Positions 29,654-39,316 are shown, counted from the stretch's first letter. The stretch is DNA of 64,000 bases from Planctomycetota bacterium (GCA_963556115.3 CAUVYI020000026.1:7029-71028); one strand, 5' to 3'. Made by a program: numbers and translations. The notes: generated by a model not told the origin, from the sequence alone.

Positions 29654-30958
29654 ATGGAATATAAAGGTTTAGCTACACAAGCGGTGCAATCTGGATATGC
29701 GATTGATCCGGCTACTATGTCCAAGGCTGTGCCGATCTATCAGACTACGGCTTATGGCTTCAAAGATTGTGAGCATGGCGCCAAGCTCTTTGAACTAAAG
29801 GAGCTTGGTAATATTTATACGCGGTTGATGAATCCAACCACCGATGTCTTGGAGAAGCGGCTGGCAGCGATGCATGGAGGGACTTCGGCGGTATGTACAG
29901 CCTCGGGAATGGCTGCAATCTTTTATGTCGCGGCAACTCTGGCGTCGGCTGGTCAGAATATTGTGGCGTCGAATTATCTCTATGGTGGGACAGTTACCCT
30001 CTTTACCAAGACTCTCAACCGCTTTGGAGTTGAGACACGCTTGGTTGATACCCGAGATTCAGCAGCGGTAGAAGCGGCAATTGATGCAAATACTCGGTTT
30101 ATTTATTGTGAGACTCTGGGTAATCCGAAATGTAATGTCGAGGATATCGAGAGTCTGGCTGGAATCGCCCATAAACACGATCTGCCGTTGGTGGTCGATA
30201 ATACTGTTAGCCCGCCGCCGGTATCCGACGTCTTTGCGCAAGGGGCGGATATTGTGGTCAACTCACTGACCAAGATGGTTGGGGGGCATGGTACCAGTCT
30301 AGGGGGGATTGTTATTGAACGTGGAGATTTTGCCTGGGATAACGGGAAATTTCCTGAGATCGATGGGCCGGATGAGTCTTATCATGGTTATAATTTTTGG
30401 GAGGTGTTCGGGAATCACGCGCAGGCGGTACTTCCGGGATTTGCTTTGACCTTCAAAATTCGCTGTGGCATACTCCGGGATACCGGTGCTTGTATCTCTC
30501 CTTTTAATGCGCAGCAGATTCTGCTTGGAGTGGAGACTCTGCCTTTGCGTGCACAACGTCACTGTGAGAGTGCGCGTAAAATCGCAGAGTGGCTGGCAGC
30601 GCATCCGGCGGTAGCTTGGGTGGAGTACCCTGGACTAACAACGCATCAGGACTATGAGCTAGCGGTAAAACACTTCCCATTGGGCCCTGGGGCTCTGGTT
30701 GGTTTTGCGCCTAAAGGCGGGTATGAGGCGAGTAAGAGACTCTGTGATAATGTCAAGATGATTACGCATCTGTCAAATCTGCTCGATAGCAAGACCTTGG
30801 TTACCCATAATGCGAGTACGACTCACCAGCAGTTGTCTGAAGAGGAATTACGTGCTGCCGGGGTTACTCCTGATTTTATCCGGTTGTCTATTGGTCTGGA
30901 AGATGTCGAGGATATTAAGACCGACCTTGAGCAGGCGTTGAAGATAGCATCCGCCTAG
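29654..30958 (+). CDS. metY: O-acetylhomoserine sulfhydrylase (Cys/Met-metabolism PLP enzyme)
   Basis: PLP-lysine motif NSLTKMVGGHGTSLGG. About 430 aa, adjacent to metX. Confidence 0.88.
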   Translation: MEYKGLATQAVQSGYAIDPATMSKAVPIYQTTAYGFKDCEHGAKLFELKELGNIYTRLMNPTTDVLEKRLAAMHGGTSAVCTASGMAAIFYVAATLASAGQNIVASNYLYGGTVTLFTKTLNRFGVETRLVDTRDSAAVEAAIDANTRFIYCETLGNPKCNVEDIESLAGIAHKHDLPLVVDNTVSPPPVSDVFAQGADIVVNSLTKMVGGHGTSLGGIVIERGDFAWDNGKFPEIDGPDESYHGYNFWEVFGNHAQAVLPGFALTFKIRCGILRDTGACISPFNAQQILLGVETLPLRAQRHCESARKIAEWLAAHPAVAWVEYPGLTTHQDYELAVKHFPLGPGALVGFAPKGGYEASKRLCDNVKMITHLSNLLDSKTLVTHNASTTHQQLSEEELRAAGVTPDFIRLSIGLEDVEDIKTDLEQALKIASA

Positions 30959-30982
30959 GGAAGAAGGAAGAGGTTCTGATTG

Positions 30983-32158
30983 ATGGGAAAGTGTGACAAA
31001 TATAGTGGCCCGGAGGCGGTTGATTCTGTAGGCTGGACCGAAGCGAAGCGGATAACGGTCGCTTCACCTGATAAGCCTTTTCAACTTGATTGCGGTAAAT
31101 CACTCGCCCCTATTGAGATAGAATATGAAGAGTATGGCGCTGGAGACAGGGTCATACTTGTCTGCCATGCACTGTCTGGTGATGCGCATGCGGCGGGCTG
31201 GGATAAGAATACGATTGGTCCTCGACGTTGGAGGGAGAATAAACCGGGCTGGTGGGACGCGGTAATCGGTCCGGGAAAGGCCATGAATACCGAGGAGTAC
31301 CGGGTGATTTGTACCAATGTCCTAGGTTCCTGCTATGGCACGACCGGTCCGGCATCGCTCAATCCTGACACCGGTAAACCTTACGGCTTGCAGTTTCCGG
31401 TAGTGACGGTGCAGGACTGGGTCAGACTGCAGAAGTGTTTTTGTGAAGAATTGGGAATTGAGCGGCTTTATGCGGTTGTCGGAGGGTCGCTCGGTGGGCA
31501 GCAGGCTATTGAGTGGTCTCTGGCCTATCCTGATTTTGTGGAGAATACGGTGGTCTTTGCTGCAGCTCCCCGGCTTTCAGCGCAAGGTTTGGGCTTCAAT
31601 GTGGTCGGCAGTTATGCGATTCGGAATGACCCTAATTTTAATAACGGTGATTATTATGACTCTGAACCACCCGTGGCGGGGCTTACTGCAGCGCGGATGC
31701 TGGCGCATATTACGTATCTCTCTGATGAGAGTATGCATGCGAAGTTTGGCAGGCGTCTGCGCAGCAGTCAGGAGATTCAGTTCGGCTTCGGGATTGAATT
31801 TGAAGTTGAGAGTTACCTGAATTATCAGGGGCAGCAGTTTGTGCAGCGCTTTGATGCCAACAGCTATCTGTATATAATTAGGGCGATGGATTATTATGAT
31901 GCGGCTGAGTGTTGGGGAGAGGGAGATCTGCAAGAGGCTTGTAAACGTATTAAGGGTAATGTGATGGTGGTGAGCTTCAGCTCAGATTGGCTGTATCCGC
32001 CGCACGAATGCAAAGAGTTCGCTTTGGCGCTCAGTAAGAATAATAAACCGGTTACCTATATCGATGTGCCTTCTACCTTCGGGCATGATGCGTTCTTGGT
32101 GCAGGTGGAGGAGGTAAGTGCGTTGCTCAGAAATTTCCTGGGAGCAAAGAAGCGCTGA
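30983..32158 (+). CDS. metX: Homoserine O-acetyltransferase
   Basis: Alpha/beta-hydrolase nucleophile elbow VVGGSLGGQQA and C-terminal GHDAFL. Confidence 0.9.
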   Translation: MGKCDKYSGPEAVDSVGWTEAKRITVASPDKPFQLDCGKSLAPIEIEYEEYGAGDRVILVCHALSGDAHAAGWDKNTIGPRRWRENKPGWWDAVIGPGKAMNTEEYRVICTNVLGSCYGTTGPASLNPDTGKPYGLQFPVVTVQDWVRLQKCFCEELGIERLYAVVGGSLGGQQAIEWSLAYPDFVENTVVFAAAPRLSAQGLGFNVVGSYAIRNDPNFNNGDYYDSEPPVAGLTAARMLAHITYLSDESMHAKFGRRLRSSQEIQFGFGIEFEVESYLNYQGQQFVQRFDANSYLYIIRAMDYYDAAECWGEGDLQEACKRIKGNVMVVSFSSDWLYPPHECKEFALALSKNNKPVTYIDVPSTFGHDAFLVQVEEVSALLRNFLGAKKR

Positions 32159-32196
32159 GGCAAGGAGTATGGCGCGTTTTTAGTAAGGAGGGGTGT

Positions 32197-32970
32197 ATGG
32201 ATAGAGAGATAGAAGAACGGGAGAAAGCGACCTTTCTGGAGTTGGTCGGGATGTTGCAAAAACAGGTGGATCCGGCTCTGCTCAATGTCGCTTCCGGTAA
32301 TATTATCAACTTTTTTGGGAGTGTGGGTGCAGGCTCTAAACCGGTGACCGATGCGAGCGGCAGACCTTTGCGTTGGCAGGATAAGGTTATCGAGCAGGAG
32401 ATACCGGTTGGGTCGTCAGTGCTTGACTTGGGGTGTGGCAATGGTGAATTGCTGGCACGACTGCGGGATATGAAAGAAGTTAATGGGCAGGGAATAGAGC
32501 GTGATCCGCAGGCGGTAATGGAGTGTGTGCGTACAGGGGTGCCGGTATTTCAATCCGATATCGCTTCGGGCTTAAATTCTTTTGCTGATTCTTCATTTGA
32601 TTACGTCGTTCTTGAGGAGACACTCCAAACCTTAATGAATCCTACCGAGGTTCTCTCTGATATGCTCAGAGTCGGGCGCAGAGGAATTGTCAGCTTTCCG
32701 AATTTTGCTTTCTGGCAGGTTAGACTTGATCTGGCACTGCGTGGCAGGATGCCACAGACCGGGTGGTTGCCTTATAACTGGTATGATACGCCCAATATTC
32801 ATTGTCTTTCAATTCAGGATTTTCTCGCCTGGATCCATAAGGTAGGTATTGTCTTGATATGTGGGTATGTGCTCAATGAAGGGAAGGTCAGAAAGCTTGG
32901 TATCAGTGATAATCTCTATGCTGAAGAGGTGTTGATGATCGTAGAGAAGGCAAGGGGGGAGCGTGAGTGA
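32197..32970 (+). CDS. metW: Methionine biosynthesis protein MetW, with an N-terminal extension
   Basis: VLDLGCGNGELL, IVSFPNFAFWQVR, GRMP and WYDTPNIH are classic MetW motifs. Confidence 0.88.
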   Translation: MDREIEEREKATFLELVGMLQKQVDPALLNVASGNIINFFGSVGAGSKPVTDASGRPLRWQDKVIEQEIPVGSSVLDLGCGNGELLARLRDMKEVNGQGIERDPQAVMECVRTGVPVFQSDIASGLNSFADSSFDYVVLEETLQTLMNPTEVLSDMLRVGRRGIVSFPNFAFWQVRLDLALRGRMPQTGWLPYNWYDTPNIHCLSIQDFLAWIHKVGIVLICGYVLNEGKVRKLGISDNLYAEEVLMIVEKARGERE

Positions 32971-33427
32971 GGAAGATACCGGGGCTGACGGTAGCTCGGA
33001 GGTCAGGATAATACAGGGGAAAGCTGCGGGAGGGGCTGAGATATGCAGGCCTCCACTATATCAGTCAAAGGTTGAGGCTGGGTTTCCGTCTCCGGCCGAT
33101 GATTATGTTGAGGCGCGGCTGGATCTGAATGAGCATCTGATCAAGAATCCGGCGGCTACTTTCTTTGCTAGAGCTACCGGGGAATCAATGACTGGTGTCG
33201 GCATCTTTCCGGATGATATACTGATTGTCGATAGGAGTCTGCCCCCGAAGCATGGGAGTATTGTGATTGCGGTGGTTGACGGAGAGTTGACGGTAAAACG
33301 TCTGGCGATCTATCCTGATCGGGTTGAACTTCGAGCGGAGAATCCGAGGTATAAGCCGCTGGTGCTTCCGTCGGAGGCGAGTTTAGAAGTCTGGGGGGTA
33401 GTGCGGTATGTTGTCCATGCCTTATAA
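32963..33427 (+). CDS. S24-family self-cleaving peptidase, UmuD-like (no N-terminal HTH)
   Basis: FPSPADDY, the Ser motif GESMTG and the Lys motif TVKRL. The GTG start overlaps the metW stop by 8 nt. Confidence 0.8.
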   Translation: MSEEDTGADGSSEVRIIQGKAAGGAEICRPPLYQSKVEAGFPSPADDYVEARLDLNEHLIKNPAATFFARATGESMTGVGIFPDDILIVDRSLPPKHGSIVIAVVDGELTVKRLAIYPDRVELRAENPRYKPLVLPSEASLEVWGVVRYVVHAL

Positions 33428-33479
33428 CGGTCTCTGCGGTATAAATTAGGGTGTATCGTTATATGATTGAGGTTGAGGA

Positions 33480-34628
33480 TCAGTCAGCATGCTGATAGCA
33501 TTTCTCGGTATTCTTGGCTATCTCATCCCAGGTGAAGGCTGTCTCAATGGTTACCCTGGCATTATTGCCCAGCCACTTCACGTGTTCTTCATCGGCCAGG
33601 AGAGCGAGTATATCTTGACTCAAATTATCTTTTGAACTGACCAGACCATTGACATCATGGTAGATTATCTCTGAACTGGCGCCTTTATTCAGACTTACCG
33701 CCGGGGTTGAGGCTGCCCAAGCGGTGAGGGTCACTGCGGCAAAGGGATCACTGCGGAAAGGGGTGACCAGGATATATGCCTCTTTATATAGCTCTTGAAG
33801 TTTCTCCGGCTTGAGTGCACTCAGGGTGAGGATGCGACCCGGATATTCACGGCACATTTCCTCTACTCTTGCACTCATTTCACCACTACCAAAGAAGATA
33901 TATACAGCTGTAGGGTTATGCTCCAGGATATTTTTGCAGGTGTTGAGCAGGATATCGGTGCCTTTTTTATGGTTGAAGCTACCGACAAAGAGGATAATCT
34001 TGTCACTGGCGGCAAGGCCAAGGTCACGGCGAATGGTTGGCGCTTGTGCTTCGCGATTAAGGGAGCGTTCTGTATCTATACCGTGGTATATGACCTCTGT
34101 TTTCCAGTCTGGTATTTGGTATAAGAGTTCAAGCTCGCGCCGAACTTCGTAGCTTACGGCTATGATCCGGCCGGCATGTTCAACCATGGTGCTTTCGATT
34201 TTGCTGATCCGTCGCGCTGTCTCGGACTTTGGCCAGTGTCCGGAGCGACCCAACTCGGTGGTGTGGTAGGTCGCGATAAGTTTGAGTTCGTCTCGTAGAC
34301 GAAGTCCGGCGTCGAAGGTGAGCCAGTCATGGCAGTGAAGGATGTCAAATCTTCCCGCGCGGCTGCTGACCTCGGTAAAGTAATAGACCAGGGTATTATT
34401 GAAGGCCTTTACCTCAGAGAAAAAGTTGTCGCCATGATTCCAGGGAAGGCGGTGAATATAGACCCCTTCGACCATGTCCTGCAGGCTGAGTTTGCTGCCC
34501 TGGCGGGTAAAAATATGTACCTCATTGCCGAGCCGTTGGAGGCTCCGGGCAAGATTGAAGACATGGACTCCGACACCGCCAATTTTGATGGCATACAGAG
34601 ACTCCCAGGAGAATAAAGCAATACGCAT
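33480..34628 (-). CDS. Glycosyltransferase family 1/4 (GT-B fold)
   Basis: N-terminal MRIALFSWE...GGVGVHV and a C-terminal Glycos_transf_1-like region. Confidence 0.85.
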   Translation of the reverse strand: MRIALFSWESLYAIKIGGVGVHVFNLARSLQRLGNEVHIFTRQGSKLSLQDMVEGVYIHRLPWNHGDNFFSEVKAFNNTLVYYFTEVSSRAGRFDILHCHDWLTFDAGLRLRDELKLIATYHTTELGRSGHWPKSETARRISKIESTMVEHAGRIIAVSYEVRRELELLYQIPDWKTEVIYHGIDTERSLNREAQAPTIRRDLGLAASDKIILFVGSFNHKKGTDILLNTCKNILEHNPTAVYIFFGSGEMSARVEEMCREYPGRILTLSALKPEKLQELYKEAYILVTPFRSDPFAAVTLTAWAASTPAVSLNKGASSEIIYHDVNGLVSSKDNLSQDILALLADEEHVKWLGNNARVTIETAFTWDEIAKNTEKCYQHAD

Positions 34629-34818
34629 GGCCTACCTATTTATTGATTTTAGGATGAAATAAAAAATATTATACTCTATTATATCGAAAAAAGCAGGTTA
34701 GTAATTGAGAATTTATTGATTTCTGTTCGCTAAAATTTTTTGCTGTATTCTTGGGCGGGTATCTGTAAAATAATTAGTTTGTGATATATTGGTTTATCGG
34801 TAGTATAGGAAGAATGGT

Positions 34819-35709
34819 ATGACTTATAGCTGTTATAAGAATTGTATAGTCGTGGTCGTGCTGCTACTGCTTTGTTCAGCACTACCGTTACGCGCACTTG
34901 ACGAAAGTACGCAGTACAAGGTGGATAATTTTATCTATGAAGGAGCGCAACTGCTGGCCCAGAATGAGAAGGCACGGGCTCTGGCACGCTTCAAGAGTGC
35001 GCTCAAGCTGGATCCAGAGAATGCGAACTGTTATTTTTGGATCGGTTTGTCGTACTCGGATCTGAAGAATTACGGTATCGCCGCGAAGAATGCCGAGGCT
35101 GCAGTATCGCTTGATGCAAAATTTGCTGATGCCTGGTTGCTCTGGGGGCAGTCTCTGATGTATGAGAAGAAGTATCCCGAGGCGGTACAGAAGTTGGCCA
35201 AGGCTTTCCGGCTAAATCCGGACAGCTACCTTGCGGCTTATAACATCGGCAGATGTTACTACTATGGCTTCGAGGGGACAAAGAAGGTGCTGGCGCGCAA
35301 GTTCTTTCGAAAAGCCTGGGAACTCAATGACAAGTTTGTGCCGGCACGATATTATCAGGGACTCTGTGAACTGGACGAGATGCTCTTGCCATTGGCTATT
35401 GTCTCATTTCAGTGGGTGATTGAGAACGATCCGCAGAATATTCCGGCTATGTATGATCTGGCTGTCGCTTACCGCAAGGATAGTCATGTGGCTAGAGCCG
35501 AGGATATGTTGCTAAAGATCTTAATGCTCGACTCCCAGCAGTATGAAGCGCATTTGCAATTGGGACATATTTATATGATTGATAAACCCAGCCGAGAGAA
35601 GGCTCTGTATCATCTCAACCGTTTTATTGAATTGGCGCCGGCTGATCATGGGTGGATGGAAAAGGTAAAATCCTTGCTACAGCGGGATAAAGAGCGGCGG
35701 AGTAGTTAG
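34819..35709 (+). CDS. Secreted TPR-repeat protein
   Basis: Signal peptide plus repeated TPR-like A..Y/F..A...P helical pairs. Confidence 0.8.
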   Translation: MTYSCYKNCIVVVVLLLLCSALPLRALDESTQYKVDNFIYEGAQLLAQNEKARALARFKSALKLDPENANCYFWIGLSYSDLKNYGIAAKNAEAAVSLDAKFADAWLLWGQSLMYEKKYPEAVQKLAKAFRLNPDSYLAAYNIGRCYYYGFEGTKKVLARKFFRKAWELNDKFVPARYYQGLCELDEMLLPLAIVSFQWVIENDPQNIPAMYDLAVAYRKDSHVARAEDMLLKILMLDSQQYEAHLQLGHIYMIDKPSREKALYHLNRFIELAPADHGWMEKVKSLLQRDKERRSS

Positions 35710-35724
35710 AGGGTGGGGGCTGAA

Positions 35725-37083
35725 ATGAAGAAGAAGAGCTGTAGTATTCTGCTGATTGATGATCATGAGGCTACGCGGGAGACCCTGGAGGAGGTGTTGA
35801 CCGATGCCGGGCATGAGGTGGTCGTGGCGGAGAATAAGGTTAGAGCTTGTGCCCATATTGAGGAGACGGTCTTTGATCTGGTGCTTACCGATTATAAGCT
35901 GCCTGATGGCACCGGACTGGAGATACTAGAGCTGTCTAAAAAACTCTATCCTGAGATGCCGGTGGTGATGATCACCGGGCATGGCTCGATCGAGAATGCG
36001 ATCGATGCAACTAGGCTCGGCGCTTATGAATATGTGACCAAACCGATAGATCTCAATAAGTTCAGAGTTATTGTCAAGAATGCTCTGCATTTGGTGGCTT
36101 TGGAAAGGCAGATTGAGCTGAAAGGGGATTTGGTCTCAATTGTTGGTCAGTCTCCGGCTATTACTCAGGTTAAAGAGCTCATCAAACAGGTGGCTCATAC
36201 CGATGTTACCGTACTTATTGAGGGTGAGAGCGGTACGGGCAAGGAGCTTGTCGCCAATGCGCTGCAGGGTCTGTCTTCACGAAGTAATGATGCTTTCGTC
36301 AAGGTAAATGTGGCGGCGTTGTCGCGTGAGTTGGTAGAGAGTGAACTCTTCGGACATGAAAAAGGCTCATTTTCCGGGGCTTTGAAGACCAGGAAAGGGC
36401 GTTTCGAGATGGCTGATGATGGCACACTATTTCTTGACGAGATAGGTGAGATGCCCCTAGATATGCAGGTGAAGCTCCTACGCGTACTACAGGAACGGGA
36501 GTTAGAACGGGTCGGCGGGAATGAGACCTTGCCGGTCAATATTCGACTTATCTGTGCGACCAATAAAGATCTTAAGAAGATGGTCGAAGACGGGGAGTTT
36601 CGTGAGGATCTGTTCTACCGGATAAATGTTGTTAAAATTAGAATCCCACCACTACGGGAGCGGCGTGAGGATATCCCGTTTTTGGCTGAACATTTTTTAC
36701 GCAAGTATTCGGCACGATATAATACGCAGAAGATGTTTGCAGATAGCTTTGTACGGGGGTTGACCGGTTATGACTGGCCGGGGAATATCCGGGAGTTGGA
36801 GAATGCTATTGAGGGTGCGGTAGTCCGCACGCCGAGCGATGTTATCGAGTACTCACAGCTACCTGAAGAGATAACGGGTAAAGCGCCGCAAGAGGTTGTG
36901 GTGACGCCGGAGATCAAGGCAGGAAAATTTGACTCTGGGCGGTCTCTGGAAGAGGTTGAAAAGGAGTATGTCCTAAGTGAACTTCGGCGCCTTGGTGGTA
37001 ATAAGACTAAAGCCGCCAAGAGCCTCGGTATAGGACTCAAGACTCTGTACCGCAAACTTGAAGCGTATGGTGAAAAGGAGTAG
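35725..37083 (+). CDS. Sigma-54-dependent response regulator (NtrC family: receiver + AAA+ + Fis-type HTH)
   Basis: ILLIDD...DLVLTD receiver, then GESGTGKE, ESELFGHEKGSFSGA and GNIRELEN, with a C-terminal HTH. Confidence 0.9.
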   Translation: MKKKSCSILLIDDHEATRETLEEVLTDAGHEVVVAENKVRACAHIEETVFDLVLTDYKLPDGTGLEILELSKKLYPEMPVVMITGHGSIENAIDATRLGAYEYVTKPIDLNKFRVIVKNALHLVALERQIELKGDLVSIVGQSPAITQVKELIKQVAHTDVTVLIEGESGTGKELVANALQGLSSRSNDAFVKVNVAALSRELVESELFGHEKGSFSGALKTRKGRFEMADDGTLFLDEIGEMPLDMQVKLLRVLQERELERVGGNETLPVNIRLICATNKDLKKMVEDGEFREDLFYRINVVKIRIPPLRERREDIPFLAEHFLRKYSARYNTQKMFADSFVRGLTGYDWPGNIRELENAIEGAVVRTPSDVIEYSQLPEEITGKAPQEVVVTPEIKAGKFDSGRSLEEVEKEYVLSELRRLGGNKTKAAKSLGIGLKTLYRKLEAYGEKE

Positions 37084-37085
37084 TC

Positions 37086-37865
37086 TTAGTTTGAGGTGTC
37101 CATATCCAGATCTTTGAGATGATACTGGGTGTAGGGAGAAAGCTTCTGAAAATTCTCCTGTATACCGAGTACGAGTAGGATGTCCCCGTCTTTGAGGATA
37201 TAGTCATTCGGTGGATTATAGGTTATTTCTTCGATGTCGTCTCGGGATATGGCGAGAATGAGCAGGTTCATACGGGCGTATTCTGAGTGTTCGATAGTTA
37301 CGCCGCTGTTTTTATCAGCATGGCTGATGAAGATCTCCTGAGCGCAGAAGTGGTTATCGTCACGCTGGAGGAAAGACTCAAGAAACTCGGTCGTTGTCGG
37401 GCGTACCAGCTGTGAAGCGAGTTTATTTCCGCTGATCGTACTCGGAGAAATGACAGAATTTGCTCCTGCCCGCAGCAGTTTGGGACGCATGGTCTCAAAC
37501 ATGGAGCAGGTTACGATGATCTTAATGAACGGATTCAACTGACGAGTGGAGAGGGTGATCAGAAGATTTTCACGGTCGTCGTCATAGGAGATAACGATAG
37601 CTTTGGCTGTCTTGATCCCGTTATTGATGAGGATGTCATCGTCAGAGGCGTCAGCATAGACAATTGTGACGTCAGGATAGTGGCTGTTACAGGTCTTGAT
37701 CAATTCCTGGTCTTTGGAGAGAAGAATAAAGTTATTCTGTTTTGGGATAAAACGGTTGTGGATGGTATAGATCTCTAGTGTGTCATTACTGAAGAGTTTG
37801 TCTAGGATATTGGCCGGGTACTGAGTGTTGCCGCAGATTATGAATTTTCCGTCATTATTATACAT
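37086..37865 (-). CDS. Soluble RCK-like protein (TrkA-N-like with degenerate dinucleotide motif + TrkA-C)
   Basis: Domain order resembles the channel's RCK region. IICGNTQY replaces GxGxxG. The ATG at 37865 overlaps the upstream stop by 8 nt. Confidence 0.65.
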   Translation of the reverse strand: MYNNDGKFIICGNTQYPANILDKLFSNDTLEIYTIHNRFIPKQNNFILLSKDQELIKTCNSHYPDVTIVYADASDDDILINNGIKTAKAIVISYDDDRENLLITLSTRQLNPFIKIIVTCSMFETMRPKLLRAGANSVISPSTISGNKLASQLVRPTTTEFLESFLQRDDNHFCAQEIFISHADKNSGVTIEHSEYARMNLLILAISRDDIEEITYNPPNDYILKDGDILLVLGIQENFQKLSPYTQYHLKDLDMDTSN

Positions 37866-38919
37866 TATCAGCCATCTTTCTGAGCCGTTGCGCCCGCTGT
37901 AAAGAACCGACAAAGATTAGAATATCTCCAGCTTTGAGCTGGAAGTCACCATTGGGATTTATATGCCATTTATTATTTATAAACTCTTTTACCGCGCAGA
38001 TGCGTAGCCCTGTCTTCTCCTTTATCTTGGAGTTCTGCAACAGAACATTATCAAGCGCCGATTTCTCCTGGATGGTAACCTCATCGATACGGACGACCGT
38101 CAAACTGTCACTGCTCAAGCGGTCGATAAAGGTCTTGGAGGCTGGGCGGTATAACTCGGTAACAATCTGTTCTGAGCAACTCTTATCCGATTTAATAATA
38201 TGATCTACTCCGGCGAGACGGAACTTCTTTTCAAAAATATCGTCTGGGCACTTGGAGACAATCTCAAAGTTCCAGTGATGTTTCGTTGCGAGTTCCTTTA
38301 GGGTCATTATTAGAAAGAGTGTGTCCTTGGGGCTGGGGAGCGTTATAGCGACGCGTTTGGCGCGCGCCAGACCGGCGCGGATAAGGGTATCTTCGTCCGT
38401 GGCGTCTCCACGGATATAGTGTACGAAAGGATTTCTTTCTGTATAATCGTCCAGTATCTTCTGAGAGGTATCGATAAGCACGTACCTACGTTTGAGCAAA
38501 TTGAGTTCGTCGGCAATGTAACAGCCGGTTTCACTAGCGCCAATAATTATAAAATGATGATTGAATTTTTGAATACTGTTCTGCATGTTCTTTAGACGCT
38601 GGTTTTTACGGAGTTGACCCGAAGTTACATATTGGGTGAGGATGCCGGCGGCATAGACGAAGGACGACATGCCGAAGATCATAAGGAAAATCGCAAAGAT
38701 CAGGGCATAGGTGCGGTCGTCGAGATTGGCATCCTTTAATGGCGAAATATCCCCGTAACCTACAGTGGTCAGGGTCATTACTGTGAGGTAGAGCGCCTCA
38801 AGTAGGGTTATATCTTTGAGTAAGTAATTAAACCCAAATGTGCCAATAGAGAAGATGAGGACAATCTGGACAAGGGCACGGATAAGCCGTGAATTGATAT
38901 TGGGTTCTTCGTTTGGCAT
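37858..38919 (-). CDS. Two-TM K+ channel with cytoplasmic RCK (TrkA-N/TrkA-C) domains
   Basis: Selectivity filter TTVGYGD and FIIIGASETG. Confidence 0.85.
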   Translation of the reverse strand: MPNEEPNINSRLIRALVQIVLIFSIGTFGFNYLLKDITLLEALYLTVMTLTTVGYGDISPLKDANLDDRTYALIFAIFLMIFGMSSFVYAAGILTQYVTSGQLRKNQRLKNMQNSIQKFNHHFIIIGASETGCYIADELNLLKRRYVLIDTSQKILDDYTERNPFVHYIRGDATDEDTLIRAGLARAKRVAITLPSPKDTLFLIMTLKELATKHHWNFEIVSKCPDDIFEKKFRLAGVDHIIKSDKSCSEQIVTELYRPASKTFIDRLSSDSLTVVRIDEVTIQEKSALDNVLLQNSKIKEKTGLRICAVKEFINNKWHINPNGDFQLKAGDILIFVGSLQRAQRLRKMADNV

Positions 38920-39268
38920 GCACTCTATCCTAGGTTTATTTTCTTGGTTTTAAGAAATATAGTATCTGCATTGTTTTCAGCTGGGCTCAGGGATAACTTG
39001 AGCCAATAATATACACTATAATAACCCGTCGGATTTTTTCGTCAAGTGATCAGGGAGAGATAGTTGCTGTTGACATTGTTGTCTACAAGGCAAAACACTC
39101 TGTTTTTTAGTAGCAACAAGGTACTTCTGCGCCGTCCGCGCGCGTAAGCTAGTGCTGAAAAAGAAAAGTGGGTACGAATATTGCCTTAGGGTACAGGCAA
39201 ATTTCGAACTGCTGGGGAATGAGTTGTGTGCATACCTTATTTAAAGAGTATGGCGAAGTATCTGCTGT

Positions 39269-39316
39269 TATATTTTAATATCAGAAAAAATATGTTTTTA
39301 CTGATATTAAAATATA
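39269..39316. repeat. Perfect 16-bp AT-rich inverted repeat (TATATTTTAATATCAG-N16-CTGATATTAAAATATA) just downstream of the galK stop
   Basis: Read directly. Possible terminator for galK. Confidence 0.5.

Noticed and set aside
37858-37913. 56-nt overlap between the K+ channel ORF and the downstream RCK ORF as drawn in the track.
   Set aside because: The internal ATG at 37865 (MYNNDGKFII...) gives a conventional 8-nt overlap. The longer N-terminus has no support.
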